DNA of 64,000 nucleotides, taken from Raillietiella orientalis. Lineage: Eukaryota. Below, piece by piece: positions 26,653 through 38,705 of this stretch. The DNA lies in the NCBI GenBank assembly GCA_036172245.1, contig JAYWIR010000023.1, forward strand, positions 186,001 through 250,000, written 5' to 3'. The position numbers and the translations under genes are program-made. Numbering within the stretch: position 1 is the stretch's first letter; each line of letters opens with the position of its first letter. Below the pieces are notes generated by a model. That model was not told where the DNA came from. It was given only the letters and a program-made list of their open reading frames with translations, and made no database searches.

Positions 26653-28200
26653 GTGGCCACCATGTTGGTGGCCTCCTTTCTTTGTGAAAGAGAATCCATC
26701 TTAACGCGGACCGTCACTATCGCGCGGATGCAACAGATCGTTGCGATCACCGAGCGAGCGTTCTTGCAGGCGCGGCCATGGAAAAGACGGCCAGACGTAC
26801 GTCGCCTGGCGGAGTTTCGAGCGGGGGCCGAGCGCCAGGACTGGCAGTCCGGCGCAGCCACCTTGCTGGACGAAAACGGCCAGGAATGCTCGGCCCCACC
26901 ACAGGTAAAGCGCAGTGTGCGCAATCAGTACTCTTCCCTTTACACAAAGGTACCACTGGAACGCGACTTCTCGAGGCGTTTGCTGCCGGAAGGTGCTCCC
27001 GCGTTAGGGGAGGAGGCGCAGCAGCGGCTCGCGGAACCTTTCTCGATTGCCGGAATCACCAGTGCCATTGGAAAGCTCCGGAAAAGAAAAGCGCCAGGGG
27101 AGGACGGCCTGCCTGCAAAGTTTTACCAAAGCTTTGCGGCAGAGCTAGCGCCCTTGGTGCAGAAGATGGAAGTGCTGACTCGGGAAACGGGCGAGGTTCC
27201 TGACTCGTTCCCGTCAGCTAAAGTGAGGCTCCCCCCGCAACATTGGCAGCTGGCAGTAGTAAATAAAAATGCCAAACTGCTGGCGAAGCAGTGGTCCGAT
27301 TCTCTCGGACGGGTGGCCGAAACGTTCATAAGTCCGGAGCAGACGTACGCTGTTCCCGGCCAGTCGATGGAAGCCAACCTGTTCCTCAAGCGGACCTGGC
27401 TCGCGTTGCTACAGCGGGATGACACAGCAGGCCGGGGGAATCCTCGTTCCCTGCGAGCCAGGGACAGGGAGGCCCTCTGTCGGGGGATGCGTCGGGAAAT
27501 ATGGCGGTTGCGGTCGATCTGCGCAAAGCGTTCGACTGTGTCGATCAGGAACTCCTCCCGGAGCTTCTGGAACGCTTGGGATTCCCGACCGTCTTCCTAA
27601 CCTATCTGCGCTTCAGCTGGCGCTCCGCGATGCTGAACATTTTTTTTCAACGGCCGGCACGTGTACGGCATTCCGGTGCGGCGCGGCGTGAGGCAGGGGG
27701 ACAGCCTGAGCCCCTTGCTCTTCAGCACCTACCTCGACATGGTGCTGAGGGCGTACAGGGATACTCTGGCTTCCCTACCGAGCTCGTGCCGCGGTATGTT
27801 GGCCGTGTAGGCCTACGCAGATGACCTGTTGCTGCTGCTCCCCATGTCTGCCCCTGCAGACGAACTCGAGGAATTCTTCGATCTGCTAAGCAGGAGAGTG
27901 GGTATGAGGTGAACAGAGCAAAGTCAGCGTGTACCCGGTCTGCGCGACGTGGGCTGGGCAGTCGGACTGGGTCCGTTTGGGGATCCCCACGGTTCCTTAC
28001 TTTAGGTACCTAGGGGTGCCGATGGGGAACATTATCCCTACGGAAGCGTGGTCCGGCTGCCTCCACAAAGCAGAGTCGCTGTTCGGCCCGTTCCAAGGAG
28101 GCAACTTCCGATTGCCGGAACGTGCCGTCATTTGGAGCACTTTTGTGGCCCCTGTCCTCCGACCTCTGCTTTTCGTGTGCCCCGCTCCTACCGGTGTGTA
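26653..28200 (+). mobile_element. Family A LINE, linker plus RT domain, decayed
   Basis: KAPGEDGLPAKFY, ISPEQTYAVPG, VDLRKAFDCVD, VRQGDSLSPLLF, YADDLLL and RYLGVPMG across frameshifts. Confidence 0.92.
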
Positions 28201-28339
28201 CCGTCTCTCCCTGAGCGTTAAACCGCTGGAACCGTCTCTCGCTGACTAACCGATTTGATGATCGCACCCTAGCATCACTGCTTAGGGACGGGAGAGAAAG
28301 TTTCTGAGTGGTTTTTAAAAATTTAATAAATTTGCCCGC

Positions 28340-29272
28340 ATCGGAGGCCTTGTGGTTAAGTCTTCCGCGCGTGGCACCACGCATCGCGGGATCGAATACA
28401 CCGGCAGAAACTGACGCAACTGCGTCGTTCGGTTCCGAGTTTCTCCTGCAACGGCGCCGGTTGGCCGAGACATTCAGGCGTGGCCCCGGCGGTGGATAAA
28501 GCCGGCGGCCTCCCGATGAAGGCCGGAACAATGGGAGTCGACCTTCGAGTCCTCCCAGGAATAAAGGAGTGGGGAGTTCCCCCTCCGATCGTACAACGGA
28601 GAGCGGACCCCCTTAGCGGGGGTACCCTTCCTGTTTCAACATAGAGCAGGAGCCCTCTCCTAGTTGTTCGATGGAGCTGGGGCCCCCTAAGCGGGGGTTA
28701 CCCTCCTAGTTACACCCTCTTCACAGATTGCAAGAGTGCAAGGAAGCAAGCGAGAGCGATTCCCTGCGGGAAGCTGCAGCGCCCCTTCTGAGTTTCGGAA
28801 GCGTCCCTTCGGGGTTCTCTTCAGAGTGAACAGGAGCGGTTCCCTTGCGGGTTCCCTCCGGAGAAGAAATTCCTACTAGCGGATCCTTTCCGGGTTCCCT
28901 TCGGAGAAGTTGAAATGAAGTTGAAATGGAGAGGACAGCCCCTCCCCATTGGGGTGGGGGGGGAGGTGTCCCTCCGGAGAGAATGAGGAAAGAGATTCCC
29001 TTCGGGGTTCTCCTTCGGAGACAACCAGGGTGGGAGGTGCGATCCCCATCATCCGGAGGATCCCTTCCCAAGCGTGAGAGGAACGGACTCCGAGCCCTTC
29101 CTGGATTCCTAGGGCGGAACCCCCCTTCCGGGGTGTCCTATCCTGAAGAATTACGCCCCCTTGCCTCAGGCGGAGAGGCGTGGAAACAAAACAGTGTGTT
29201 TAAAAGGGCCACGTGCGCCGCGAGGCATGCGACCGGCTCTTGAGGCTCACTTAGCGAACCAAAACAAAGAAA
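28340..29272 (+). mobile_element. tRNA-headed SINE-like repeat, copy 2 (most complete, A-rich tail)
   Basis: Degenerate tRNA head (GGAGGCCTTGTGGTTAAG...GGGATCGAATAC), the shared body, and 3' end GCTCTTGAG...TAGCGAACCAAAACAAAGAAAA matching 43708-43770. Confidence 0.72.
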
Positions 29273-29280
29273 ACCCCGGT

Positions 29281-29962
29281 GTTGCCACCCAGGTACGCCC
29301 GGGGCGTTTATTGAAACTCTACAAAAACGTGGTACGAGGCCCCACTAACGGCCGCACAACACCGGACCTGCCGGGACGCCGGGACGCAGCCCGGCGTGAC
29401 GCTCCTCGGCAGTGGAGGGGAGTTTGGGAGAAAACAAAAAAAATAAAATAAAGAAAAACAAAAGGAGTTTGGAGGGAGGGGAAGGGATCACTATCCACTA
29501 TGAGGAGGGCCCATCCTTCGCAGGATGCCCTCTAGGTCCTTCTGCGTTTGTCCCAGATGGGGCCATCTCGCAGCTCTTCGCATGAAGCTCACAGCGTACG
29601 GGATGACTTCCCTCTCGTTGGCATCCACTCCTTCGTCGCAAATGTCGCTCCAGGCCGCCACGATGCCCCGGATGCAGCAGAGGGCTGCGAGGGCTGCGGC
29701 GGGCTGCAGGGCGTCCCGCACGAAGAGGGGCTGAAGAACGTCTCTGGGCGCGCTGCCCATTGGGAGCCCGAGGGTCGTCCCGAACCGTTCCCACAGGGGT
29801 CGGATGGCAGCACAGTCAACTAGAAGGTGGGGGAGCGATTCCCGCTCCCCACACCTGGCACACTCAGGGCTTACACTTCCTCGCGTCCAGTGGAAGCGGC
29901 GCGCGTTGCAGGGTAAACCCCAGTGCAACAGCAGCAGTGCCGACTCTTGCCACTTTAGCGGG
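29281..29962 (-). mobile_element. Family A LINE 3' end with complete 3' UTR
   Basis: PLKWQESALLLLHWGLPCN, CARCGERESLPHLLVDC, stop at 29491, UTR and terminal hairpin. Confidence 0.92.
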
Positions 29963-30845
29963 AAAACCCCGGTGTGGTAAAACGGACGGAGGACCTTCTT
30001 CGAAAAGCCCTCTGGGGTAATAGGAGATCCCGAGTCCGATTAAAACACTTGTGTGCTCCTTGCCGCGACGGAAGACTTGGACTCCTGACGTTGGAGCGGG
30101 TGGAAGTTCAGTTGAACTTTCGAAGACTGGCCTTTGGTGCACCCCTGCGCGTTTGCTCTCCCGGATGGCGGTCGGTGGGAAGGACTCGCAACCCTGTTTG
30201 CGTGTCACCACCGCCGGCTACCATCCTGCGGCTTCCCTCTCCGGTGTGTCGCGGCTCTGGTGAGAGCGAACACGTGGATTCGCTGCCGCCCTGCGAACAT
30301 CCCGGCCTGGCGGCAAGAGAAAGTGAGGACGTGGGCCCAGCTCACCCGGACCCCGTCGGAAGTTACCCGCTGCCGAGAGTTTCAGAGGAACAGCGGAAGA
30401 ATACTGGAGGCGGCGGGTAGTGAGCTGACCATGTTGGTCTACCCAGCAGCCACCCCCTTCGCCGCAGAGGTGTCCTTCGCTATCGAGGTACATGGCACCT
30501 GCCTATCGGCGAAATGGAAGGTTTCCTGCGAGATCTCGGCCCGCAGGAAGCCTGTTGGTGGCTGGACTCCGCGTCAGCTGGCTGACGCGGCAACAGCAAG
30601 CACCGTCTCCAAAGGACTGGAACGTTGGGGCGAACTCTTCTTCATTCAGCCCGAAGAGTTGGAAGTGCCCCCCGTGTTCATAGACAGTAATCTGCTTCCC
30701 CTCAATTAACAGCACGCGGCGCTGCTGGTACTGCACTGGGGTCTCCGTGCAATGCGCACCGGCACCACTGGACGAGGGGAAGCGCATCGCCGAACTGTGC
30801 CAGGTGTGGAGAGAAGGATACCTTCCCCCACCTCATAGTGCAGTC
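29963..30845 (+). mobile_element. Family A LINE ORF2 fragment, heavily decayed
   Basis: KRTEDLLRKALWG...LCAPCRDGRLGLLTLE and GLERWGELF. Confidence 0.85.
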
Positions 30846-31486
30846 CTCACCCTCCGGGAATGGCAGACTCTCCGTGAACGATCCCATCTCTCCGCACCTG
30901 GAACGGTTCGCGGAGGCAGCTCCCCCGGAAACCAGGAGCCTGCGCTGGTTGCAAGGGCAATCTCCAGTGTAGAAACAGCAGAACATCCTGCGGTTTCCAA
31001 CGGAACCGGAACGGATGTGTCCGCACACAAGAAAGTGACCACGAGTTCTTAGGGGCGGGGCACTCCGAGCAAATCGCTGAGAATCACCCTGTGGGACACA
31101 GGGAGGTCCCGAGTCCGCCTGAAGGGCTTGCGCGTCCCGAGTCGCGACGGAGTCCTCGGCCTCCTGACTCTGGAGCGCCTAGAGCGGCAACTCCAGTGGA
31201 GGACATTCGCCCTAGTGGCGAAGTTTTGGAGTACGAACTGGTGCGAGCCCGCACGATACCTGGTCAAGCTAGCCACCGGCTACGCGGGACTGCCTTCGTT
31301 CGTGGCGCCGAAGCAGTGTCCCGCTGAGGGCTGGAACTCCAGCGGGTGGCCAAGCTAACCAGGACCAACACCTGAATCTCGTACCGGCCCGCGAACGGCA
31401 GTGCCTGGTTGCGGAAAACCTTTCGCACATGGGTCAAGAACAACGAAGCGAGCCCGGAGATGAGGCAGTGACTGCTGCACTCCTTC

Positions 31487-32157
31487 CAAGGAGCCAGAGA
31501 CATTAGATACTAAGGTTCTGGATGAAATATATCTGTTACTATATGATTTGTAATTCCTTTGTTTCTTTCACTGATGAAGTGTACTATCCATCTATCTGAA
31601 CTCATCTTCTCGTAGTTGGGGTCCATGTTTGCAAAAATTATGACATGTAGACAGCTGAACATCTCTACATGTCCTTGGTATTTTGTGGAGCATAGCATTC
31701 CATTTTTGATGGTCTCTATCCGTAGTTTATGATTTCTTGGGAATCTTTCGTTAAGTCTAAGATAACTATTTTCTGTCCTGAATACATGTATGCAGCATCA
31801 CATTTTCTACAGTTTGTAAGGTAAAGTGCATCATATTTCAGGTATGTGTGCTTGGCCATCGTAGTCTTTCCTGAGTAACCTTGGTAATCCGTGAACCAGT
31901 GTATGTCTCGTTCATTCGGTTCGTTGTTGATTATTTCAAGAAGATTTAGTTGCCACTGTTGAAGGTTTTTTCCAGCCATTGGGTCAGCTCTGTTGTATTT
32001 AGTGAATCTAATAGTGTCGTTTATGAATTGTCTATGTTAATCGTAAATTTCAGTTTTTCTTTCCATAGCCAATGTTCAGTTTTTCCTTCCTGAATCTGAA
32101 ATGTTGTATCTGAAAGATTGTTTGTTAGTATTAGTTTGTTTATTCTTACTTACTTAC
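31487..32157 (-). pseudogene. rep: Endogenous CRESS-DNA virus Rep fragment (intron plus SF3 helicase exon), EVE2
   Basis: IHWFTDYQGYSGKTT (Walker A), IVILDLTK (Walker B), KNGMLCSTKY, HVIIFAN (motif C) and SDRW (Arg finger). AT-rich island with frameshifts and a stop. Coding stop at 31510. Confidence 0.92.
32110..32157 (-). other. 48-nt spliceosomal intron of EVE2 Rep
   Basis: GTAAGT donor, TACTAAC branch site (32124-32130), TTTCAG acceptor. The downstream exon aligns with EVE1 Rep exon 2. Confidence 0.8.
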
Positions 32158-34139
32158 CTTCTGCAACAACCGCCCGCTGAAGGACGTCATCGTGCAGCCC
32201 ACCACGTGTGCGTAGACGCAAAGAACCTCCCTAGCTGCGGTACTGCCTTCCCTCTGGGAGTAGCTGGGCAGTAACCAGTCGGCCAAATGGTCAGTTGCAA
32301 AATCAGTCAGAAGACGACGGAACTAGGTGGTGAGACTACGGTCCAGCACAGAACTACGAAGAGGGGAGTAAGTGTTGTGTATAAGACATGCTAGGGAAAG
32401 GGTTATGGATGGGAGTGGAAGAGAGATGAGAATGGGTCAGGGTCTGTTGAGACCCCAAGTGCCCCGCCGAAAAAACTGTTGCGCTGGAGTGAGCTGCTGG
32501 GAATCCCACAGGGAGACCTCGAGTAGCCCCCAGCGCTGAAGAACAAGACCTACACATGTATGTTTATTTTTTATAAAAAAACATGTCAGCGTGATGACGT
32601 GATAAATCGAGCGGATCATCCCACCAAAGGAGTCCCCTCTCCCGGAAACGAGGACTGACGCCGTCCACCGACACGCTCGTCTTGAAGCCGTCAGGGAGTT
32701 TCTCGACTGCTCAAACGGACAAAAGGTCCGTGCGAGCAACGGTGATTGGGTTCGGTGGGAGGTAGAAGGGACCCAGAAGAACACCGGAGAATTTGGAATC
32801 GGGGAGGAACATCTTCCATACGGGATTTTTGTGCCAAGGGTCCACTTTTTAGTCATCTTTTTTGCTCCATCCGCACCGCCAAAAACTGTTTGCTGCCTTC
32901 GTAGGATCGCGGCGATGCCGCATACTGGACTTCTGCGTGTACGAGGAACGTCGAAACCTCATGTACATTAGAGACCAGGAGAAATTTTTCTTCTACTTCT
33001 TGTTGTTCTTCTTCCTCTTCTACTTCTTTTCGTTCTTTTTCTTCTTCCTTTCTCAAAAAATGAATCTCATTGCTTCGTGGAGCAGATAATTCATGCGAGA
33101 GTCCCACGAGATTGGGAGTCTGGAACCCGACAGACAGTGTCCCTGAAGACACCATCATCTTGGCCAGCAGCTTACCGGTGGCCTGCCCTGGGACACCCGC
33201 CGCACCGCTCCGAGTGTTCGCTAAGGGCTCCAACTGAGCAGAAGGAACCTCCATGCCATCTGGGAGGACGGGGCATCCTCCGGGGTAGGACTCCAGGGCA
33301 GCCTGCAGCTCCGAAAGGACCACCCCGAGAGCTGCACGAGCCCACCATCGTCAGGAAGAGTCGCATCGAGGAAATTGGAAACGCAGGGAAGTGGGAAGCT
33401 CTGGGAGCCCCTACAGCCGCTTGCAGTTTGGCTCTCGCGTGAGATACGAGACCTAGTCGGGCACGTCTGACCACTCACGGAACCCTGGAAAGCGGGTTGG
33501 GTGGTCTCTCCTCCTGTTCCACCCACACCCACTCGGCATCGGCAGCTGCGGCGACCACCGTGGCAGCCGCTGCCCAACAGGAGCTACGTCCAATTGGCTT
33601 CGACCACCGGTCGCGTCGGGTTCGCCTCCCATCCGGACGATTCTCTGCCACGTGCGAGCCGCGGTATGCATCAAAGCAGGAGTGAATGACCACTGTCCTC
33701 CCGCCTGCGACCCCCATCGCCTATAATGTGGAGGGCTATGGGAGAGCCCGATTAGTATGTGAGTTGCAAGGGAGCCTTCGGACGACTACGGGCAGACAAA
33801 ACCTCAACCCCATGCCGGTCACACCCAGTCCTCATCCGACGCACGCTCCTAGGAACCACGATGCCTCCCCATGAAGTCGGCCTATTCTGTTCCCTAGTCA
33901 TTTGTCTATCCATTGGCTCTCTTCCTCCTCCCCCTTCCCTCCTCCCTAGTTCTGTCCCTAGCGCCTTTTCTGTAAGATCCGAGCAACTGTCAGCCTAGGA
34001 TGATAGAAATTCTTTGGAGTTCTCTTGTTTTCGCCGCATTCCTTCGACTTTTTTTGGGGGGAGGGGGTCTCTGATTGCTGAAGAACCGTTCATCTCCTTA
34101 GGAGTGCTCAGGAAGCCCTTTAACACTGTCCACGCCACC

Positions 34140-34860
34140 AGGGATGTGCATTAAGTCTCAAGTTAGGGGGTGTTCCGGTAGGAGACCACCCCATGAATCC
34201 CGAAAGACTCCGGGGAAAGGGGTCTTCTTGCCCAAAGGGACCACGCGTGGTGGCGCCAAGCGTCTCGGGTTCGAATCCCCACGTGGGGGGATCAAAGAGA
34301 CGAATCATAAATGGGGAGGAAATTCCGAAGAGAACCACTTCTTCCTCATCCTATCCGGAGGGACTCCTGCGTTTCTTCTCCGCAAGGACTCCCCGGAAAA
34401 GATCCTCGTCTCCTCCTCTACCGAAGGGAATCCCGAAGGAACTCTCATAAATTTTCTCTGGAGGGTGCTCCCCGAAGGGAGTCGCTTGCTTCTTCACACT
34501 CTGGAGAGGCGACCCCCGAGGGGAGGATCAACCAGATCCTCGGTGCGGGATGGAGGGTCCCCCTCGGAGGGCTGGAGGGGAGGCTCTACTTTCACAGCCA
34601 GAGAGAACCCTGGAGGGCTTTCCAATGTCAAGGAAAGACCCCGGAGGGTCTGCTTCCAATCCCGGAGGCCACTCAGCGGGGACATCCAGATTTCACCAGT
34701 GCTGCCACCTCCGAAGCCAGCCGAGGCCAACCAGCGTCACCCTGCGAGAGGTGCTCTAAACCCACGGCGCACCCGTCGATAGGCTTTGATCCCCCCACGT
34801 GAGGATTTGAACCTGCGACGCTTGGAGCCACCACGCGCGGTCCCTAGCTGTGGATGAAAA
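34140..34860 (-). mobile_element. tRNA-headed SINE-like repeat, copy 3, containing an inverted duplicate of its own head
   Basis: Head at 34784-34844 (GGTTCAAATCC B-box-like), shared body at 34640-34700, inverted head copy at 34237-34297. Confidence 0.7.
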
Positions 34861-36599
34861 TGAGTCCCTAGTCGCGCCTATTTCGATCTAACTGGAACAA
34901 ATGGCCTGGCTATCCTGGATAAGAGCACACCAGGGCGTTTATTCCGGACAGACACTCAGACAAAGCAAGGAGCAGGGAGATATGGAGCGCTGCCAAGGTA
35001 ACGGATCGTCCGGCAGCGTGGCGCTGGAAAGAGGGAGGGGTGAAATGGATGCAAAAAAAAAAAGCGTGCGCTGACATGAAATCCGTGATTTTTTCTCCGG
35101 AAGCGATGGAACCTGGGGAAGCACTGACGTTCGGCAATGAGCTTCGGGCAATGCCCACTTCCGGCCTCTGGGTCAAACGGTGTCCGTCGAGCGGTGGACT
35201 CCGCGAGTTTGCAAGAGCGCCAGCAGGTCGGCTCGTCTCCCGCGCTGCCGCCGCTTCCTTCTTTGCATTCGGTGACCCCAGGACCACTTGCTGCATAGGA
35301 AACGTCTCCAACAAAAGGGTAGAACCGGAGATGGGGCTCCGCATCCCTAGGAGTCCTAGAGGTGTTCCCGTGGACTCTTGCCCGGCGAGGTCCTCTCCGG
35401 GAAAGCTCCGGTCAGCAGAGGAGAAAAGGAAAAAAGATGGACGGGCGAGTACCTCTTTCCTTGGAAGAGGTCCGGAAATGACAACCATGGCATCCTCCGT
35501 ATCTCCGAAGATGAGGCGATCTCGCTGCAATCTTCGAGAAGGGAGCTGCGGTGGGGGAGATAGCGTTGCTGGAAGGCAGCGGAGGGCTGCAATCGTCTCA
35601 GCAGTCGATCAAGGGGAGAGAGCTACGAACGCTCTCGGGATCGTCCACTTGGCGGTGGAGGTCCTTCGCTCACGCTCTTGGGAGGGAGGCACGGCCCATG
35701 AGAGATCCCGGCGCAGTTCGAGGCCGCGCGCTCCCTGGTTTTCAGCAGCGCCGACGACGAGAGACAGCTGGGACCAGCGAGGATCCGGCAGCGCCGGAAA
35801 ATCCGTCCGACGAGACTTGAACGAGGAAGGCACCGAGTTGACCCGAAGGGACAGGGGAATCCTAAGGGATATTTTTGACATCCGGTAAGAGTCCGGAAAC
35901 GCCGCCGACTGACCCGCGGTGACTAGGGCAAGCGCGGCCGAAGCCCGAAGGCAGCACGCGTCCCCAGCGGGAGAAGCAGAAGAATCGCACGGCTCCTCCA
36001 TGGAAAGACTCCTGCGCTCCCAAACATCGGAGATACAGGGAGGGTAAAGGTGGTGCAGTGGTCCCTTAGGTCGCTTCCCTCCCTTAGGGAGACTCGCTCG
36101 ATGGCGAAGTGGAAGCCACTCCGGAACGCACCCGGTGGAGACGCCAGGAATCTCCTCCTCTTGCCCCGAGAAGTCGCTAAGAAAGTTGTCCACATCCCAA
36201 GAAAGGCTGCAGAGAAGAGGGAACGACCCTGTGCCTCAAGGATTCTCATCCCTTCCCTCCCCATCTTCTGTTCATTCACTGCCCCCTTTCCTTTCGTTCT
36301 GGACTTCCTGCCTGTCCAACCTGAGCCTCGGCAAACCCTCCGCGCGGACGTTCGCCCGCTTCCCTTGGGAACTCCTCTTTCGCGTCTCTGTAGTTTTCTT
36401 TTTGGAGAAAGGAACGCTTAGAAGCTGGGGAAGGGAATCACCCCTTTGTGTCGTCTGCAAGCTCCCGTTCGGAACGTCAACGGAATTCCCGACGGCTCAG
36501 GAAACCGAGCCGCGGCCGAAACCCTGCGAGCCACTTCGCCCTCGCTCTCCCCCAGTGAGTCTGCGAGATTCCCACGGAGGAAGCAGTGGACGCAGAGGC

Positions 36600-37560
36600 G
36601 CCCCCGTCCAGGATGAGCTGCGCTAGCATTGCAGTTCCTCGCGCACGCGCGCACCTCGCGAATACCACGCTCAGCACCCGTTTCGACGGCGTCTACCGAG
36701 TGGACCAGTTGGGCTCGAGTGGCCCCGTGCGGTCGATCCCTCAGTGGCGAACACCCCGCGCACCACAGGGCGCGCACACCGAACGGACTCTGGGGTGAGC
36801 TGCTGGGAATCCCACAGGGAGACCTCGAGTAGCCCCCAGCGCTGAAGAACAAGACCCTCACCCTGAATAGTGGCAGGAGTCGGCACTACTGCTGTTGCAC
36901 TGGGGCATACCGTGCAACGCTCTCTATCTCACTGGACCCGGGGTCTGTGGACTCCAACTGCTACAGGTGCGGGAAACGGAAATTCCTCCCCTCCCGCACC
37001 TGCTTGTAGACCGTGTTGCCCTCCAGTCCCTGTGGTTGCGTTTCGCAACGGCCCTTGGTGCACCGACGGACAATCCCAGGGACGTTACGAAGCGCTTCTT
37101 CGTGCGCGATGCTCTTTCGTCTGTCGCATCCCCAGCAGCTCTTTGCTGCCCACGCAGGATTGTGAAGGCCTGGAGCGACGCCATTGGAGGAGGACGGCGC
37201 GATATGAACGCCATCTGCCCTTCGCCCTTTGCTTCCTGCGGACGGCAGCAAGATGGCCCCACCTGGGGCATACTCGGATGGAACTGGGACGGCATCCTGG
37301 AAAGGATGCAGAGGACGCTCTCCAGCAAACAGCGAGCCCTTCCCGTGGCCCCCAGATTTTTCCTTTTTTTATTGATTTTCATTTTTATTTCATTTTTGTT
37401 TGCCCCCTCCCCCTCTCCTGCCGAATAGAACCTCGCCGGCCTGTGTGCTGGTCACTCGGCAGGTTCCGCGCATTTTCGGACGACTTAGGGCCGATGGCCC
37501 TGAACACGTATGTTTATTATTTTTTATAATAAACGTCCCGGCGTTACCGGGTGTTAACCA
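36600..37560 (+). mobile_element. Family A LINE 3' end with 3' UTR
   Basis: WGELLGIPQGDLE*, WQESALLLLHWGIPCN, LPHLLVD, and a UTR ending AATAAACGTCCCGGCGTTACCGGGTG. Confidence 0.88.
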
Positions 37561-37929
37561 AAGGTGTCGACTGCCTCCCGCCTCCGCACTCACGAGCTGA
37601 CGCAGCGACACGAAGTCATGTTCCGACAGAAATGCCACTAATGCCAACAGGTATCCGTGCCTTTTCGTCCTTTGGAGTAGTCATATCCGGCGGCGAAAAG
37701 CAGGATGAGGCGTTCAGAGACATGCCAGGCACACATCTGTGGCGACCGCGCGGGAGTGGGGATGCTGACCCCTTGCAGCCAACTGCCAGCCTGAGGATGG
37801 AGCGCACGGGAAGGTTCCAACGTTTTTTTCGCCGCCGCCGGACGGATCTTCGGAACCGCATCTGAAGCTCGATTCGCTCCGGAGCCGATATTCTTGGTCC
37901 AGCATCCCGACGAGGAGGTCCTCTGAATG

Positions 37930-38397
37930 GGCCTCATTCCAAACCTTCATTCCAAACTCCTCGCCCATATTTCCTATAGTTAAGCCTAAAGACAACGGCT
38001 CTATCTTCACAGCACAGCCTTTCACTCGCACATATCTATAATACTTCGCCAAACCATCCAAATTACATATTTTCAACAAGTCTGACACAGCAATCTCTGA
38101 TTCTAAATAACAATACATCCAGGAACAATTCACGTGATCTCCATCTGCAGTTCGCAAAGAAGAGTAATGCTCAGCACCTTCCGCTACATCACGAGCTACC
38201 ACACGTGTTGTACGGCCTATACGGTAACGAGGAGACCTGAACCGTCTCCACTTACGACGACGATTATTCCAAAGACGCCGACGCTTAAACGTACTATATC
38301 CAACCCCGCGCCTAGACAAACGACGACGCTTCACGCCATACGATGATCCTCCACGCTTTCTCTTCCGAGAACGAGAAGCGCGAGGTGCCACTGCCAT
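37930..38397 (-). pseudogene. cap: Endogenous CRESS-DNA virus capsid protein, C-terminally truncated (EVE1)
   Basis: Very Arg-rich N-terminus (RSRKRKR...RRRKWRRFRSPRYR), then YYRYVRVKGCAVKIEP, like the Y.YYRI..V.V.F.P strand of CRESS capsids. Divergent from Rep. The ORF formally runs on to 37714 in non-viral sequence. Confidence 0.88.
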
Positions 38398-38472
38398 TCC
38401 ACTGCTTGACAGCGTACTGGCGACCTAAGTCAACCCCCCTCCCTTTTTAAGTGTGGCTGGTGGGACACGCCC

Positions 38473-38505
38473 ACCCGACCTCATCAGCCTTCCACGAGGT
38501 CGGGT
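38473..38505. repeat. Second intergenic hairpin (10-bp stem, 13-nt loop)
   Basis: ACCCGACCTC (38473-38482) pairs with GAGGTCGGGT (38496-38505). Confidence 0.85.
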
Positions 38506-38644
38506 TACGCCACGCACTTCCCACGTGGACAGCAACAGCCTGTTCCGCGTTCCAAAGTCTTCCACGATTGCGGACAAAAACCAGACACTAAAAATATCAC
38601 TTACAACATATCGGAATTTCCCAAGGTTTTGCGTTGTCAGCGAA

Positions 38645-38679
38645 ATGCAATCTGGGTAATACCATTTACCAGATTGCAT
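38645..38679 (-). promoter_or_regulatory. Rolling-circle replication origin stem-loop with nonamer TGGTATTAC
   Basis: Perfect 11-bp stem ATGCAATCTGG/CCAGATTGCAT. The 13-nt loop reads TAAATGGTATTAC on the minus strand (nonamer 38656-38664). Confidence 0.92.
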
Positions 38680-38698
38680 CTTCTGCGCAGTTACGCAC

Positions 38699-38705
38699 TA
38701 TAAAT
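38699..38705 (+). promoter_or_regulatory. TATA box for Rep
   Basis: TATAAAT about 65 nt upstream of ACCATG (38768). Confidence 0.6.

Larger units (their letters stand above)
31050..32595 (+). mobile_element. Family A LINE fragment interrupted by a viral Rep insert
   Basis: RDGVLGLLTLERLERQLQWR...NEASPEMRQ*LLHSF [insert] FCNNRPLKDVI...WSELLGIPQGDL is collinear with the ORF2 at 19293-20384. Confidence 0.8.

Noticed and set aside
32600..32990. Possible capsid remnant belonging to EVE2
   Set aside because: Open stretch (…DWVRWEVEG…HLPYGIF) lacks an Arg-rich arm or clear capsid motif and lies outside the CCTTC-bounded insert. An HHpred search would be needed.
37563..37930. C-terminal ~70 aa of the 227-aa Cap ORF as viral capsid
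   Set aside because: Composition turns GC-rich here and the plus strand resembles decayed LINE ORF2 (DMPGTHLWRPR..VGMLT versus RVPLKDLC..LGLLT), so it is probably read-through into flank.
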